From assembly GCA_964016885.1 (NCBI GenBank), contig OZ024741.1:206460001-206524000 (forward strand): DNA of 64,000 bases. Direction: 5' to 3'. Origin of the DNA: Eledone cirrhosa. Taxonomy: Eukaryota. Shown here piece after piece: positions 1 to 13,912 of the stretch (within the stretch, counting starts at the first letter, position 1; each line of letters starts with the position of its first letter). The position numbers and the translations under genes are program-made. The notes under the pieces were generated by a model. That model ran no database searches. It was not told the DNA's origin and saw nothing but the letters and a program-made list of their open reading frames with translations.

Positions 1-1570
1 CCACGGGACTTCTTTCGGCATCCGTTCTGTTCGTCCGGTAACAAGTTGTTTATGTGGAGGTGATGGTAGATTTCTTCAGACACAATGCTTGTTAACAGTT
101 TCCATATTAGGGACAGATATGTTGGTAACATCATTACCCTTGATTCGGTCTTTCATTACCAGAACTGTGGTACCTTTTGTCAACCACTCTGGTACTTCAC
201 CCGACATCAAGCATTCATTGAACATGGTTGTCATTTTCAGGTGGAGGGATGTTATATTTTTAATCCAATACCCTTGCACACCATCTGTGCCGGGTGATTT
301 CCAGTTGGTAAGTTTTTTGGCCTGCCCTTTAAGAGTTTCAACTGTGATACTCAAATCAGGTTGTTGGTGTGCTTGTTCACTAATCTCTTTTTGAGCTGTC
401 TCAATCCACACTGCCTGACTATTATTTTCAACATCCTGCTCCCATATTCCTCTCCAGAATGTCTTAGTCTGTTCCGCCTCAGGGATCAAGTCGTTGCCTC
501 TTTCTTTCTCTTCAAGCTGTTTAAACAACATCTTCTTGTTGTTGTCAAACATGCGGTTCTGTCTATACTGACTGACTCTGCTCTCATACCGCCTAATCTT
601 TTCACTTTTTGCTACAATGCGTTGCTTCAGTTCCTCTTTGATAATATTTAGCTTTTTCCCCCTAGTTTTGTACTTTATTTTCAATCTATCTTTAGTGTCT
701 ATGTTTTGTAGTGTCCCATTCACAAGGACGCAAGCTTTCCAATGTCTTTTCTCATTTCCTTGATTTGATCATTCAGTCGTTTCTTCCACCAAGGTTCTGA
801 TCTTTCTTGTTTGTTGTTTCCTCTCGTTTTTATGCCAAGTAATTTCCTCACCACATTTGCGGTTACTTTGAGGATATTGTTGCATTGGTGAAGGTTCCTC
901 GCCTCAAAGTATGGGATGACATTGTTTACCTTAGCTGTTGTTTCTTTTAACTTTTTCCTGTCTACAAATCTTAGGTTCCACTATCATTGTTCATTTCATC
1001 TACCACCAAGTTCAGGTTATCAACCAAATCTTGTCCTAGCCCGTCAGATTTCATTTCCTCAATGGGTGTATCTTTGTTCCAGATATTATTTATTTCAGCA
1101 TTCAGATCATTGTCTGCTTCGGATGCTTCCTCAGGTCTCTTAACCTTCTCACCTTCATTTCCCACTGGCTCGTTTGGCTGACATACTCCACTCTCCATTT
1201 CCAACTTAATCACCACCGGTGATTTCATCACTCCCGGTCATTTTAGCGTGACACCATCACGCTATAGACGAACATAAATAAATAAACAAATAAATAAATA
1301 AAAACATTAAAAAATAAACATAAGTTCCATTGTAATGTTTGAATGTCTGACAGTTTCTTTTTTCCCTTTTGTTTTTCAAAGCCAATAACATCGGTTCCTA
1401 GTGTTGTTGTTGCTGCTGGTGTTTTTGATTTTAGCTACGCTAGGCTCGTAGTCATAGCAGCGAGGGAGGTAGGGGGTGTTGCGTTCAAAACTTTTGAAAT
1501 TTGTTTTTCTTTTGATGTTGCGTTTGTTTTTGTCTGTCTTCTGTTCTGTAATTTTTCGACTTGTTGCTTA
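1..1570 (-). mobile_element. R4/Dong-clade non-LTR retrotransposon, family A, 5' part (degenerate, runs off the left edge)
   Basis: ORFs 971-1231 and 76-723 are nearly identical to the 48345-50509 copy (NWKSPGxDGVQGYWIK, PEWLTKGTTVLVMKD). It has frameshifts and a ~400-bp deletion near 1210. Homology to the 48 kb copy stops near 1350, so the 5' limit is uncertain. Confidence 0.85.
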
Positions 1571-1599
1571 TCATTACTGGTACTTTATTTTATCATCCT

Positions 1600-1683
1600 T
1601 ATAAGGTCGATAAAATAAAGTACCAGTAATGCACTGGGTAATTGCTGGCCTTGTGCCAAAAGTAGAAAGAATTATTATTATTA
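1600..1683 (+). mobile_element. 3' fragment of tRNA-derived SINE with (ATT)n tail
   Basis: gtcgataaaataaagtaccagtaatgcactgggtaattgctggccttgtgccaaaagtagaaagaattattatt matches the 3' half of the SINE copies at 25576, 40229 and 52896. Confidence 0.85.
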
Positions 1684-4600
1684 TGGTTGACGGAGGCTCG
1701 GCTCTGTAAGGTATTGTAATTTTTAACCGTTATAACAATTGTAAATTGTTTAAAACTTGCATCAAATTGTAGATAAAGACACCCTCCTCCTCGTGAGAGG
1801 GGTCTTTCTGCCCGTTATTTGGTCCTTTGGGGTTAAATAACCAGTTATTGGGGATTTGTGCCCAATATTCATTTTAAACCGTAAAAAAACATGGCTACAA
1901 AGAAGAATGTTTACAAGTCACTCCCACTCATTCCGTCTTCTTCTTCCCCAATCGTCACTACGTCAGAGAAAAGATTGTCTCTCTCCCTCCATTCTCTAAA
2001 TGTGGTGTCGCCTCTGTCGCCTCTTTCGCGACACCATTAAAGAAAAAGAAAAATGTAGTTTCTAGTAGCGTTCTTCATCAAGAGAACGCGCGTGCCGTGG
2101 AACATTTCTTCACGACGACGACAAAAGATGTGTGCGGTAAATACGGAAAGCCATTTCATTCGTCTGATGTCATGAAGAATAGCAGCAGCAGCAGCCGTAA
2201 TAACAGCTGCAGCAGCACAGCAACAGTGGCGAGAAAAATACTAGTAGCAGCAGCAACAGCATCAGCAGCAACATAAACAACAACAGCAGCAGCAGCAGCA
2301 ACAGCAACAACAACAGCAACAGTAGCAACAGCAACAACAACAACAGTGACAGAGGCGGCGGCGGTCGTAGTACCAGCAGCTCTAACGACAACAACAACAA
2401 CAACAAGAAAGAAAAACCAATCTCGTTTGCAGGTATCGCAAAGAACCTGGAAACCATCCTTATAACAAATGAAGAATTACAGGAAGCAAGGAAGATGGTG
2501 ACGAAAACCGAATACCGAGCAATCCGCAAGGTAGCCGAAGAATTTTTTGAAATCCAACAGCACTGTACGGTCACGTACCGTACAGTAAGCACAACATCAC
2601 GAGGGTTGAAAGAGCCAGAGAGGCTCAAATACAAAAAGACTTAGGGTCTGTGTGGCAGCAGACAACGCATATCACCCGAGGCAAGAAATATGCCACCGTG
2701 GAGGTGCTTTTTGCCACACCCCAGGAGGCAAAGACTCAATCATTAGTGACCCTAAGGAGCGAGGAAATGGTGTTGGTGCCCTCCTACTGCGGGCTAAAAT
2801 TTGTGAGGGTCAACTGACCCAAGTCCCTCCCAAGTCCCTCTTGGCTGGCCGCGTCTGTCCTCGACGGAATCGAGGACAAAACAACTGTACTGCAAGTACA
2901 GAAAAAAGTACGAGAAGATTGGGTCGGCACCTCCATTGAGATGTTAATTCAAACCGACCAGGAGTGTATCGAAGCTATCCCGGATGTGATAGACTTCGAT
3001 AACGGCACTCAACTTCCCATAAGTATTGTGGAGAAATGCCCGAAATGCTTTCGCTGTGGGTCGAAGACTCACCTCAGGGCCTTCTGCAATGATAAGACCT
3101 TGAGAAAGGAGAAAACGCCCCTCTTTCCGAAACCGGCTCCACTGCTACCAACAACAGGACAGGCGGCAAGCAGGAAGGATAGGTCCGTGGCACCCATACC
3201 CACGCCACGGAAATCAAGAACAGCAGCTGCAGTGTAAGTATCAACCGCAACAGTAATACCAACTACAGCTGCAACAGAGACTCCACTGCAACCATCACCA
3301 AAAACAACAAGTGAAAGAGTGGAGCTGGTACTTCTCCCCGACCTCACAGAATCAACATGGAGTGTAAGATGGGAGAGGGATGGCAAAAGATCGCAAGAAG
3401 GCACAAACGCAGAAGCAGCGCATCGTCGCCTTCGAAAAGGGAGGGAAGAGATGAAAAAAGGGTGAAGGCTACTGCAAAGAGACTTACAGCAATACCATCA
3501 CCACCCACACTAGCGCTACCACCACCACCGGTGGAAACTCCACCGCCAACAACAACAGCACCTTCAACAACACCACCACAAGCACCAACATCGCAAACAC
3601 AACAACGAATCACCACACCCAGCAGCAACGCCAAGAAAATAGCAAAACAACACCCCACCCCCAGAAAAGGAAATGCACAGCAATAAATACACACAAGAAA
3701 CTTACATAATTGAACAGACATTTCACAGCACGACTACATAATACCAGTACCAATCAAAACACCAACGAACATAAGACTGGTAAGAATATCACAGAAACAA
3801 TACACTAACATTAAATTGAAATTCCCCAACGCAGTTGGTGATTTCAGAGACCTAGGAGGGACACTCAACTGGAGAGTATACTCGGATATACTCACAGAAG
3901 AGCCGACAACTAGCCGAAGGGACGGTTCAAAGGCCCCTTCACCAGACGATCAAGGTAGGTGATCCTTTCTCCCTTACCCTGTTCCTCACTCAACATGGTT
4001 GTATTCAGGATCGGAAGTGTAAACGTGCGTGGCTTGAGCTCGGTTTGGAAGCAGGGTCACTTGCTTAACGACCTCAGGTCACTAAACATAGTTGTCGTGG
4101 CCATCAGCGAGACGAGAATCTCCGAAACGCAAGCTTTCTCACCGATCTTCGACGGTTACGAGGTGTACGCATCTCCGAGTCGTCCGAGAGGGGGGTGGAG
4201 TGGCTGTGTTGTTTTGGAAAGGCTTGTATCACGCCATATGGACCATCTTCCTGGACTCAGAAGGTAAGTCGGTGGTGCTGGACGTGAACGGCACCGAAGG
4301 CAACATTTTCAGGCTAGTAGCCGTCTATGCCCCGACAGAAACAGGACGGCCAGATTTCTTCAGACGTCTAGAGACCTTTCTGGGAACGTCCCACTCTTTA
4401 GTGTTAGTGGGCGACTGGAACGGTATCTTGGATGCACGCTGGGATTGTGTGGGACTAGTAGATAGGCGAGGAGGGTGAAAGAGCCTCACCAACCTGCTCA
4501 GACGTTTTGAACTGTCTGACAGGTATCGACTGGATCACCCGAATGTGCCAATGTGGAGATGGACAAACGGCATCGGGTCATCCAGATCGTATCTCGATAG

Positions 4601-5649
4601 GGTATTCTGCAGGGAACTAGTAAGGCTAGTATAGGTTGTCCACAATTTAAAATAGTCAACTACACAGACCACAAATTTTTGATCTGTGAGATCGACATAG
4701 ACAGACTTCATTGACAAGGGCCTGGTTACTTGAAGCTGAACGTGTCTTTCCCGGCGCGCAAAGCCTACAGAGACCGGTTTAGCGTATTAGTTAAGCGGGC
4801 GTTGCGGGAGCGGTCGTCAACAACAGGTGGTGGTTTGCCCTGAAAAGGGTAATTAATGTAGAGTCAATTAGGTATAGCAAAGGAGTAGTGATAGAGGAAA
4901 ATAGAGTAGATGGAGAGCTAGTCAGAAAGCTAGAAGAGGCGTTTAGGACAGGCATCGCAACCGACGTGCTTGCGGCGAGATGGCACTTGACCAATTTTTC
5001 AACGCAAAACACGAAGGCTGCGTTGTCAGAGCTAGAGCGCGTGCTCTGAAACACGAGGGGACGAAAGCGGTCCAAAGGGCCCGGGTGGCAGAGGCGCGAC
5101 GTGGCAACAAAGCCACAATTCGGTCTTTGTCTGACCAAAACGGGTGCGTGATGCTCGAACCCGAGCGGATGTGTGAAGCTTTTCAGCAGCACTTTGCTGA
5201 ACTGTTCGGGAGCGGCGGCGGCCCGGATCGGGGCATGGAGTTCAGTGCATACCTCGACGGACTGCCTCGGCTTTCGACGACCGCAGCACAGTGTTGCGAA
5301 AAGCAAATAACAGCCGGTGAAATACGGGAAGCGATGGCTAACTGCACAAGGGGTAAATCGCCAGGTTTGGATGGTCTGCCCTACGAGCTACATGCATTTA
5401 TGCCAGACTTGTTCGGTGACCTCTTGGCAGACGTCTACTGCAACTGGCAGCAGAACGGGAGCTTTCCCAGTTTTGTGAGCCTCAGAAGTCTCCCCCCCCC
5501 CTATTGGGGAATTTTTCATTGTTCTATTATTTCATCCTCTGTTTTTTGTTTTTTTACACGCAGAAATGCCCATTTGTACCGTCCTGTATTGTCCTGTACT
5601 GTCCTTAATGTCTACTTTATATAAACCCTTGTGGTTAATAAAGAAATCA

Positions 5650-5650
<1 letters not shown>
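1684..5650 (+). mobile_element. Tx1-clade (L1 superfamily) LINE, copy 1, degenerate and internally deleted
   Basis: 5'UTR and ORF1 (ATG 1891; CFRCGSKTHLRAFC knuckle) are colinear with the intact 40465-46476 element. A frameshifted APE follows (SVNVRGL, VAISETR, LVGDWN). At ~5480 the start of RT jumps directly to the 3'UTR, which ends AATAAA...(ATT)n. Confidence 0.9.

Positions 5651-5699
<49 letters not shown>
5650..5699 (+). repeat. (ATT)n tract separating two Tx1 copies
   Basis: About 16 ATT units are directly visible. Confidence 0.95.
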
Positions 5700-8600
5700 G
5701 GCGACTTACGTAGTAAATCGTATCATCGTGAGCTCCGCAAAAGTTTGTTATTTTCAGTTGTTCAAAATTGCCATTCATGGAAAATTTTATTGTTAATTGT
5801 ATATAAGTGCACATACATTGTTATCTGAAAAGGACACCCAAAAAGATTGGGGCCTTGAGCCCAAAATTTAAACTTTTATAATTATCAAACAAAAATTTCA
5901 GAGTCACTCCTTTCTCACAAACTAACACCTCACACCGACACCACCATTGTAAATATTGCTACGTTTGCCAACACCAAAAAAAATATAAGCAGTAGCAATA
6001 TTTTAAATTTGTCTCAGGCAGACGTTCATTTCCCGCCATTACCAATGACTGCAGGTGTTAAAGCCGCCACCACCACCACCACCTCGACAACCCCCACCAC
6101 CACCACCACAGCGATAACAGAAACAAAAGAAAACAATAAATTAACTCGTGATATCGAAGTGAATTCAACCAAAATGAACTCTTCCACACCGAACACCACT
6201 GACGCCACCATCACCACAACTGAAACTAAAATTAACAATAGCAAAAATAACGATAACAACAACAGCAACAATGAAATTAAGAAAACTACCCTGAGTTTTG
6301 CCAGAGTAGCAAAAACGTGCAAAGCGATCCAGGTAACTTAGGAGGAATTAGAAGCAGCCAAAGGAATGGTAAAGAAAGATGGGTACAGGGTCAGCCTCAC
6401 CTCTCACCTAATAAAATGGAGCAACGTCGCCTATGCACCGTGTCTTATTGGACAATTAACATAAAATCGCGCCGAGTGGAACGGGCATCCGAGTCCCAAA
6501 TCCAAAAAGCTTTGGGACATTTGTGGGCCAAAAAAACCCACATTAGACGTGGCAGAAGTATGGAACCGTGGACGTGTTCTTTGAAACACCACAGGAGGCC
6601 AGAGAACACTCCATTGCCCCATTAAGAAGTGACGACTTCACACACGTCCCAAGCTATTGTGGCCAGAGACTTGTGAAGGTCAGGGTGACCCACGTTCCAA
6701 CGGCCATCGACATTCCCTGGCTAATGGCTGCCGTCCTCGCCGGCATCGAGGCCAACACCAAGATAATAGAAATAGCGAAAGAAAAGCAGGAAAACTAGTC
6801 CGGATCTGGGATGGAGCTCCTGATCCAAGCGGACCATAAAAGCATTGAGGAGATTCCAGAGATCGTTTGTGGTGAAAGAACCCACCTAAGAGCTTTCTGC
6901 CCTCAGGCTAAAAGGTTGAGGCCACCTCTCTTACCCACCTCAGTGACTCAACCATCAACAACACCAGCAGCAGAAATGGCAGCAACAACTGTAGCAGCAA
7001 CAACAGAAGCAACTGTAACAGCAACAACCCCAGCAACAGTAGCAAAACCTCCACCACCACCACCTAACGCGCCAGAACTAGCACCAGCGCCTACACCATC
7101 CACCACGCCACAACCAAAACCAACGCCTGTGGAGGATTTTCCACTCCCCGGCTTATAGCAACTGGAGACAGATTGTGACGACGAGGAGTGGGAAACGGTA
7201 TCAGGAAAAAAGAAAAAAAGAAACCAAAAAGGAAAAATTCTCTTCCTTCCCCCTCCAAAAACAAAATACAGAGGGAAACAAATAAATTATCAAACAAAAA
7301 AGTTAGAAGAGATATGCCACCACCATCCACACCAGCATCACCAACCCCATCACCACAAACACCAACACCCTCACCATCATTAACCCAAACACCACCATCA
7401 CCAACACCACAAAAGTCACCAAAAAGCGTAACAGAAACAAACCCACAACAAACGCAAACAAAACAAAACAACCAAAACGATACACACTACACAGCATTAA
7501 ATTTGAACAACAACTAATTATTACACTACATGCAACACAACACCAGTATCACAGAAAAAGATACACAACAACCCAAAAGTTCACACCACCTCCACACATA
7601 TAAATCACTCGCATCACACAGAAAACGTATACGACTCTAAAAGAAAAATTCCCCAAAGACATCGGAGACTTCCGACAAACACTCTCCAGGAGGATTTATA
7701 AGGACATCCTTCCTGAGGAGGCCACAAGCAGTGAAAAGGACGAACAAACCATCCTTCCTCTACGAGAAGTAAGGTAAGTGGTCTTTCCCATCTTTTCCAC
7801 TCCATTTCAACATGACCTCACTCAGAATAGGCAGCATAAATGCGCGTGGCTTGGGGTCGTCATTGAAGCAGGGCCACCTGCTCAACGACCTCAGGTCACT
7901 AAACATAGATGTAGTGGCCATCAGCGAGACCAGAATCTCCGAAGCACGGGCCTTCGCACCGATCTTCAGCGGCTACGATGTGTACGCATCTCCCAGCCGT
8001 CCGGGATCGGGTTGAGGAGTTGCTGTGCTTTTTCGGGGAGGTTTGGATCTCGCCATACGGGCCATCTTCCTGGACCCAGAAGTTAAGTTGGTGGTGCTAG
8101 ACGTGACCAGCGGAGACGGGCAAGCTTTCAGGCTAGTGGCCGTCTATGCCCCGACGGGAGCAGGGCGGCCTGATGTCTTCCGGCGTCTGGAGACGTTTCC
8201 TAGAACGTCCCGCTCTTTAGTGTTAGTGGGCGACTGGAACGGGATGTTAGATGCACGCTGGGACTGTGTGGGATTAGCGCATAGGCGAGGAGGGTGAAAG
8301 AGCCTCACCAACCTGCTCAGGCGTTTTGAACTGTCTGACAGGTACCCATTGGATTTCCCGAATGTGCCAATGTGGACTTGGACAAATCGCATAGGGTCAT
8401 CCAGATCATATCTAGATAGAGTATGTTCTAGAGAAATAGATCGGTCTAGCATAGGCTGTCAACAATTCAAGATAGTCAGCTACACGGACCACAAATTCGT
8501 GATCTGTGTGCTTGACTTAGATAGGCTTCATAGACGTCAACAACAAGTGGTGGTTTGCTCTGAAAAGACCAATTAGAATAGAGTCCATTAGGTTTAGTAA

Positions 8601-11370
8601 GGCTTTAGCAATAGAGAAAAATAGAGCAGAGAGAGAATTAGTTAGAAAATTAGACGAGGCGCTTAGCAAAGGCATCGCGACCGACGTACTTGCGGCGAAA
8701 TTGGCTCTTGACCAATTCTCCAATGCAAAGCACGAAGGCTGCGTTGTCAGAGCTTGGGTGCGTGCTCTCAGACACGAGGGGAAGAAAGCCGTTCAATGGG
8801 CCCGAGTGGCGGAGGCGCGTCGAGGCAACAAAGCCACGATCAGGTTTTTGGTGGACCACGACGGGTGCATGCTACTCGATCCTGGGCAAATGTGTGAAGC
8901 TTTTCAGCGACACTTCGCTCAGTTGTTCGGGGGCAGCGGCGGGCCGGATCGAGGGATGGACTTTAGTGACTACCTCGACGGACTGCTGCGGCCCTTGGCC
9001 ACTGAGGCGGAGTGTTGCGAAAAGCCAATAACAGCCGCTGAAGTACGGGAGGCAATGACTAGCTGCACAAGGGGTAAATCGCCTGGTTTGGATGGTCTGC
9101 CCTATGAACTTTAGTACAGATGCCAGACTTGTTCGGAGGCCTCCTGGCGGACGTCTGCTGCAACTGGCAACAGAACGGGAGAATTCCCACCTCTGTGAGC
9201 GGAGGAGCTGTGGCACTGCTGAGAAAGGATCCGAACATGGGGGATAACATAGATAATTTTAGGCCCATAACTCTGCTAAACACAGAGTTCAAGATTTTGG
9301 CCAAGGTGCTAGCAAAGAGGTTGCCGCTTGTCGTTGGTGGTCTGGTGGGAGAGGCGCAGACATGCGCCATTCCCGACAGATCCATCCACGACAACCTCCA
9401 GCTCATGCGATACATCGTAGAGAGGGAAGCTAGGGAACCTGGCACGGGTGGGTCCTTGATCAATTTAGATCAGTCGAAAGCTTTCGATAGGGTGGGCCAT
9501 CGTTACCTAGCGGCAGTCCTGAGGGCGGCTGGCTTTGGGCGCGTGTTCAGAGGCTGGATCGCTGCCATGCACAGCGACATCTGCTCTGTGGTGAGAGTGA
9601 ACGGTCACCTTTCGGAACCGTTCAACATCATGCGCTCGGTCCGCCAAGGATGTCCCCTCTCGTCCCGCTTGTACGTATTGATTCTCGAGCCATTACTGCA
9701 CAAACTGGAGACGTTGAGGGGGGTCCTGCGCGAACTAGGATGCGGAAGATCCGGGTCAGCATATGCGGACGATGTCACCGTAGTGGTGTCGAACGCCAAA
9801 CACATCGAAGCGATTGGCAATATACTAAGAGAATACGAAGCGGTGACAGGAGCAATGGTCAACCAGGAAAAGTCAGTGGGCCTGCAACTCGGAACCTGGA
9901 GAGGCAGGTCCATGCCGTCCAACAGCGTCGTCGGGCGCTGGACGGACGGACCAGTTAAATTGCTCGGGGTCTGGTTCGGTTCGGATCTCCAGACAGACAA
10001 AAGCTGGGACGAGGTGACGAGCAGGGTGGCTTCTCTCACCCAGAAATGGGCCGAGTGGAAGCTATTCCTGAAAGGTCGAGCGGAGGTGGCTAACGCGTAT
10101 ATCGCGTCCGTCATCTAATACCGCCTGACCGTCGTAACTTGTCTTAAGCCCCTCCTGACTGCGCTGGAGCGTTTACTCTTTCGCTTTTTGTGGAAGGGAC
10201 ACGCTCCAATGGTCAGGCGGTCCATCTACTGTCAACACCCGCTACCTGGAGGGCTGGGAATGCCTTGGCTGATGATGTGCAGACACGCGCTCAGGTTACA
10301 TCTCCACCTCTTCCTCGACGGTGATCATGTGTGGTCTCCGTTTGCTAGACGCGTCTTTCCCCAGCTCGTCTCCTTGACGGAGCTGCAGTCCTGGGTCAAG
10401 CCAAGACCGAGAGGGAGCGCTTGGAGATTGGAATGTCTTCAGGCGCTCACAGCCCTCGACCAATCGGGCAATGTGATCGGTGGAAACTCCACCTTGGCGT
10501 TCTATAGAGGATTAGTGGAGGGGAAGAGCGACGACGTACTTGGGGAAACTCTAGGCGTCGACGAAAATCAACTAGCCAATCTCTTCGGAAGAACTTTGGG
10601 GCCGGGGCCTATGGACAACTTCCAGAAATCCCTGGCCTGGCAGTGCTACCGAGGAACTTTGCCAGTTGGGGATAAACTCTACAGGCATGGAGGTGCGCGT
10701 CAGCCGGGCATGTCCGAGATGCGCGCCATTCGACGAAGCCGTCCAGCACGCACTCGTCCAGTTTCCGAGCATTGCTGACTTGAGGGTTTATGTCGAACAC
10801 CTGCTGTCACGTGTAGGACGGATCAAGCTATCAGCTGAGTCCATCGTGAGGATTTCCCCGCCCTCTTCCTTTAGCCGGGAAGGGCAGGCAGTTTTTATCT
10901 GTCTGGTGGCTATGGCGAAAGAGATAGTATGGTGGACACGTTTGAAAGAGCTGAAGACGAGCACTTACCTCTTCGGTGATGCCATGATTAACTTTTTCAA
11001 ATTTCATTTGAAAAGGAAAATCAGGGTAGAGAGGGAAGTGCTCTCTTCTCAGCATTTTGTTGAAAGATGGGTGAGAGAAGCAAGAATGGCCCGAGTGAAT
11101 GGGTCTACTCTGAGTATGTGTCTGTAAATTAAAGGTGGAAAACTGGGAGAGGGCACTTGCCCTGGTGGTCAGGATCACTGTGGCTTTTAATGGGCTTTCT
11201 CCACGAATGTCCCTCGGAAGTCTCCCCCCTATTGTGGAATTTTTTCATTGTTCTATTATTACATCCTCTGTTTTTTCCACGCAGAAATGCCCATTTGTAC
11301 CGCCCTGTATTGTCCTGTACTGTCCTTAATGTCTACTTTTTGTAAACCCTTGTGGTTAATAAAGAAAACA
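5700..11370 (+). mobile_element. Tx1-clade LINE, copy 2, near full length, with a different 5'UTR/ORF1 type (pseudogenised)
   Basis: Divergent ORF1 remnant at ~6000-7777 (THLRAFC). ORF2 7812-11127 is nearly identical to the intact ORF2 (LDQSKAFDRV, SVRQGCPLS, YADD, CPRC...H) but has stops, frameshifts and a deletion near 8535. Same 3'UTR, followed by (ATT)n at 11370-11400. Confidence 0.9.
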
Positions 11371-11884
11371 TTATTATTATTTTTATTATTATTATTATTT
11401 ATTTATTGTTTACCTGGGAGTGAAAGGCCCCAAGTTGCTGTCACAACACCTTTCTAGGAGAGGGAAGCTCTGAAAAAAAAAACCTGCGGCTCCGGAAGCA
11501 TCCGATGATGTTGACTAGTTCTCCTTTTCGGGTAGTGTTTTCGATGCTCTGAGAGTGGAATTGGTCGATTGCAAGCCCTTTCCCCGCTTAAAAATCCTTC
11601 ACAACACAGGCATTGTTTGTTAAGGATGTGTTACAGGGACGTGTGGCTGGCTAATTCTATAATCTGACATGCGATTGCAATACTCTTGGCAGAGATTGCA
11701 GCCATCACATGTATTATGTATGTATGCATGCATGCATGTATGTGTGTATGTATGTATTATGTATACATGCATGTATGTATGTATGTATGTATGTAGGTAC
11801 GTATGTATGTGACTTTGGACATCCTGCAGGACTAAAAACAAAACTTGTCAAATGGCAAAGGAGCTCTTAAGAGTCAATGGCCAC

Positions 11885-13263
11885 CCAAAATCACCGGGAG
11901 AGATGACCCCTTAGCCTTTGTCAAGGCAGAATTCTAGGAGAAGGAAAACTCTGATATAACACCTGCAACTCTGATGGTATCCAATGATGTTGACTTGTTC
12001 TTCTTTTTGGTAAATATCATCTTGGTTAAGAGAGTGGGACTGGCTTTGTGCAGTGCCTTTGCTCACTATAAAAGCTTCACGGCACAGGCATTGCTTTATA
12101 TCTGGAGATCTCTCTGCACTTGTCGTCACATGGTACCATGGGCCCAGCACTATGTGTCAATAATTGTCACAAGTGTAGTGTTTGTACCAGAGTTTTCAAG
12201 TCGCTGGCTGGACTAAAACGTCACACTCGTTCAGCGCATCGGTAGGGGTTCTCCTACATGGATATAATGTAGTGGCCGTACTCGAAAACGAGTTGGCAGC
12301 CACCATATATATATATATAAATGTATATATAAATGTATACACAGTTGAAAATTGCAAACTTGACTGTCACCACACATTATGAACCTGAAGATTGCGAAAG
12401 CATGAAAGTACTTGTTCAATTAACACTTAACATTTAATATTCTACCATACTATTTCATTCTAATACCATTATAAATTTTAAAGAATTGTAAATAAAACGA
12501 GTAAATCAGACAAAGTTGGAATTCCTTTTATTAATATAATCTTCTATACACAATCATACACACCCGTGTATATTTATCTACATCTATATATATAAATGAA
12601 TATATATATGTAAAACAGAGGATGTCTGTCTGTGTGTCTGTTTCCCTAAAACTCGAGAAGTACCTAACCGTTTTTTTCAAACTTTACACATGTAACCCGT
12701 ATGGGCCCGGAAGTGTTTTGAGCCAAAATAATTTCAAATTATTCTGACCTAGGGATCGAATTAGTGAAGTCGCCAATGTCTGTACATAATGAGGGAGTGA
12801 GAGGGGAGAGAAAGAAACGGAGAGGCGAAGTGAAGACGAGACCAAAATCACCGGGAGAGATGACCCCTTAGCCTTTGTCAAGGCAGAATTCTAGGAGAAG
12901 GAAAACTCTGATATAACACCTGCAACCCTGATGGTATCCAATGATGTTGACTTGTTCTTCTTTTTGGTAAATATCATCTTGGTTAAGAGAGTGGTACTGG
13001 CTTTGTGCAGTGCCTTTGCTCACTATAAAGGCTTCACGGGACAGGCATTGCTTTATATCTGGAGATCTCTCTGCACTTGTCGTCACATGGTTCCATGGGC
13101 CCAGCACTATGTGTCAATAATTGTCACAGGTGTAGTGTTTGTACCAGAGTTTTCAAGTCGCTGGTTGGACTAAAAAGTCACACTCGTTCAGCGCATCGGT
13201 GGGGGTTCTCCTATATGGATATAAAGTAGTGGCCATACTCGAAAACGAGTTGGCAGCCACCAT
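11885..13263. repeat. ~420-bp direct repeat pair (11885-12304 and 12841-13263), probable TE fragment
   Basis: Two near-identical copies run ccaaaatcaccgggagagatgacccc...gagttggcagccaccat, each followed by a TA or TATG microsatellite. A diverged related piece lies at ~11450-11560. Confidence 0.8.
12583..12840 (+). mobile_element. Possible non-autonomous Helitron-like 5' fragment
   Basis: Starts TCTATATATATAAA, then a GTCTGTCTGTGTGTCTG micro-repeat and an AACCG...TTCAAACTTTACACA motif typical of non-autonomous Helitron 5' ends. This is pattern recall only and no 3' end is seen. Confidence 0.4.
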
Positions 13264-13692
13264 GTATGTATGTATGTATGTATGTATGTATGTATGTATG
13301 TATGTATGTATGTATGTATGTATGTATGTATGTGCTTATAGTGAAATTTAGTAATTTCCCGGGGGAAATTATTCAGTTCACTGTGTATTGTTAACGACAG
13401 GTTACTGTGTTGTTGAAGTGGTACATACTTCACTGTTTATTAATTGGTAGACTTACCACCAGCTTATAAAATCACACTTCATGAAAGTTGTCAAAATCAG
13501 ACTGATTATTTAGTATCAAAGTGTAAAAAAGAACAACAATATAGTCGTGATCTTTAATTGCTCTCAGTTGTAATGTCTTCTGTTTCTGATTATATTTGGC
13601 TGAGAGAGAATGAAAGATTTTAAGCTACCCGAAGCCTCATTATTAAAATGCTCACATTTAAATTCAAATCTTGGATTGATGTCTCAAGATAA

Positions 13693-13912
13693 GGGCGGTG
13701 GATTGGCAGTAATGATGGAGCGTCCGGCATGCTTTGCGGCATAGAGTTACGGCCCTTTACGTTTTGAGTTCATACCCTGCCATGGTTAACTTTTCCTTTC
13801 ATCCTTATGGGGTCTATAAAATAAAGTACCAGTAACATACTGGGTCGATTTAATCGACTTTCCGCCTCCCCTTTATATTTTTGGCCTTGTGTTAAATATA
13901 AAAACTATTATT
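13693..13912 (+). mobile_element. tRNA-derived SINE
   Basis: GGGCGGTGGATTGGC head, B-box-like GAGTTCATACCC, central CCTTTCATCCTT..GGGGTC.ATAAAATAAAGTACCAG domain and an ATT tail. Confidence 0.8.
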
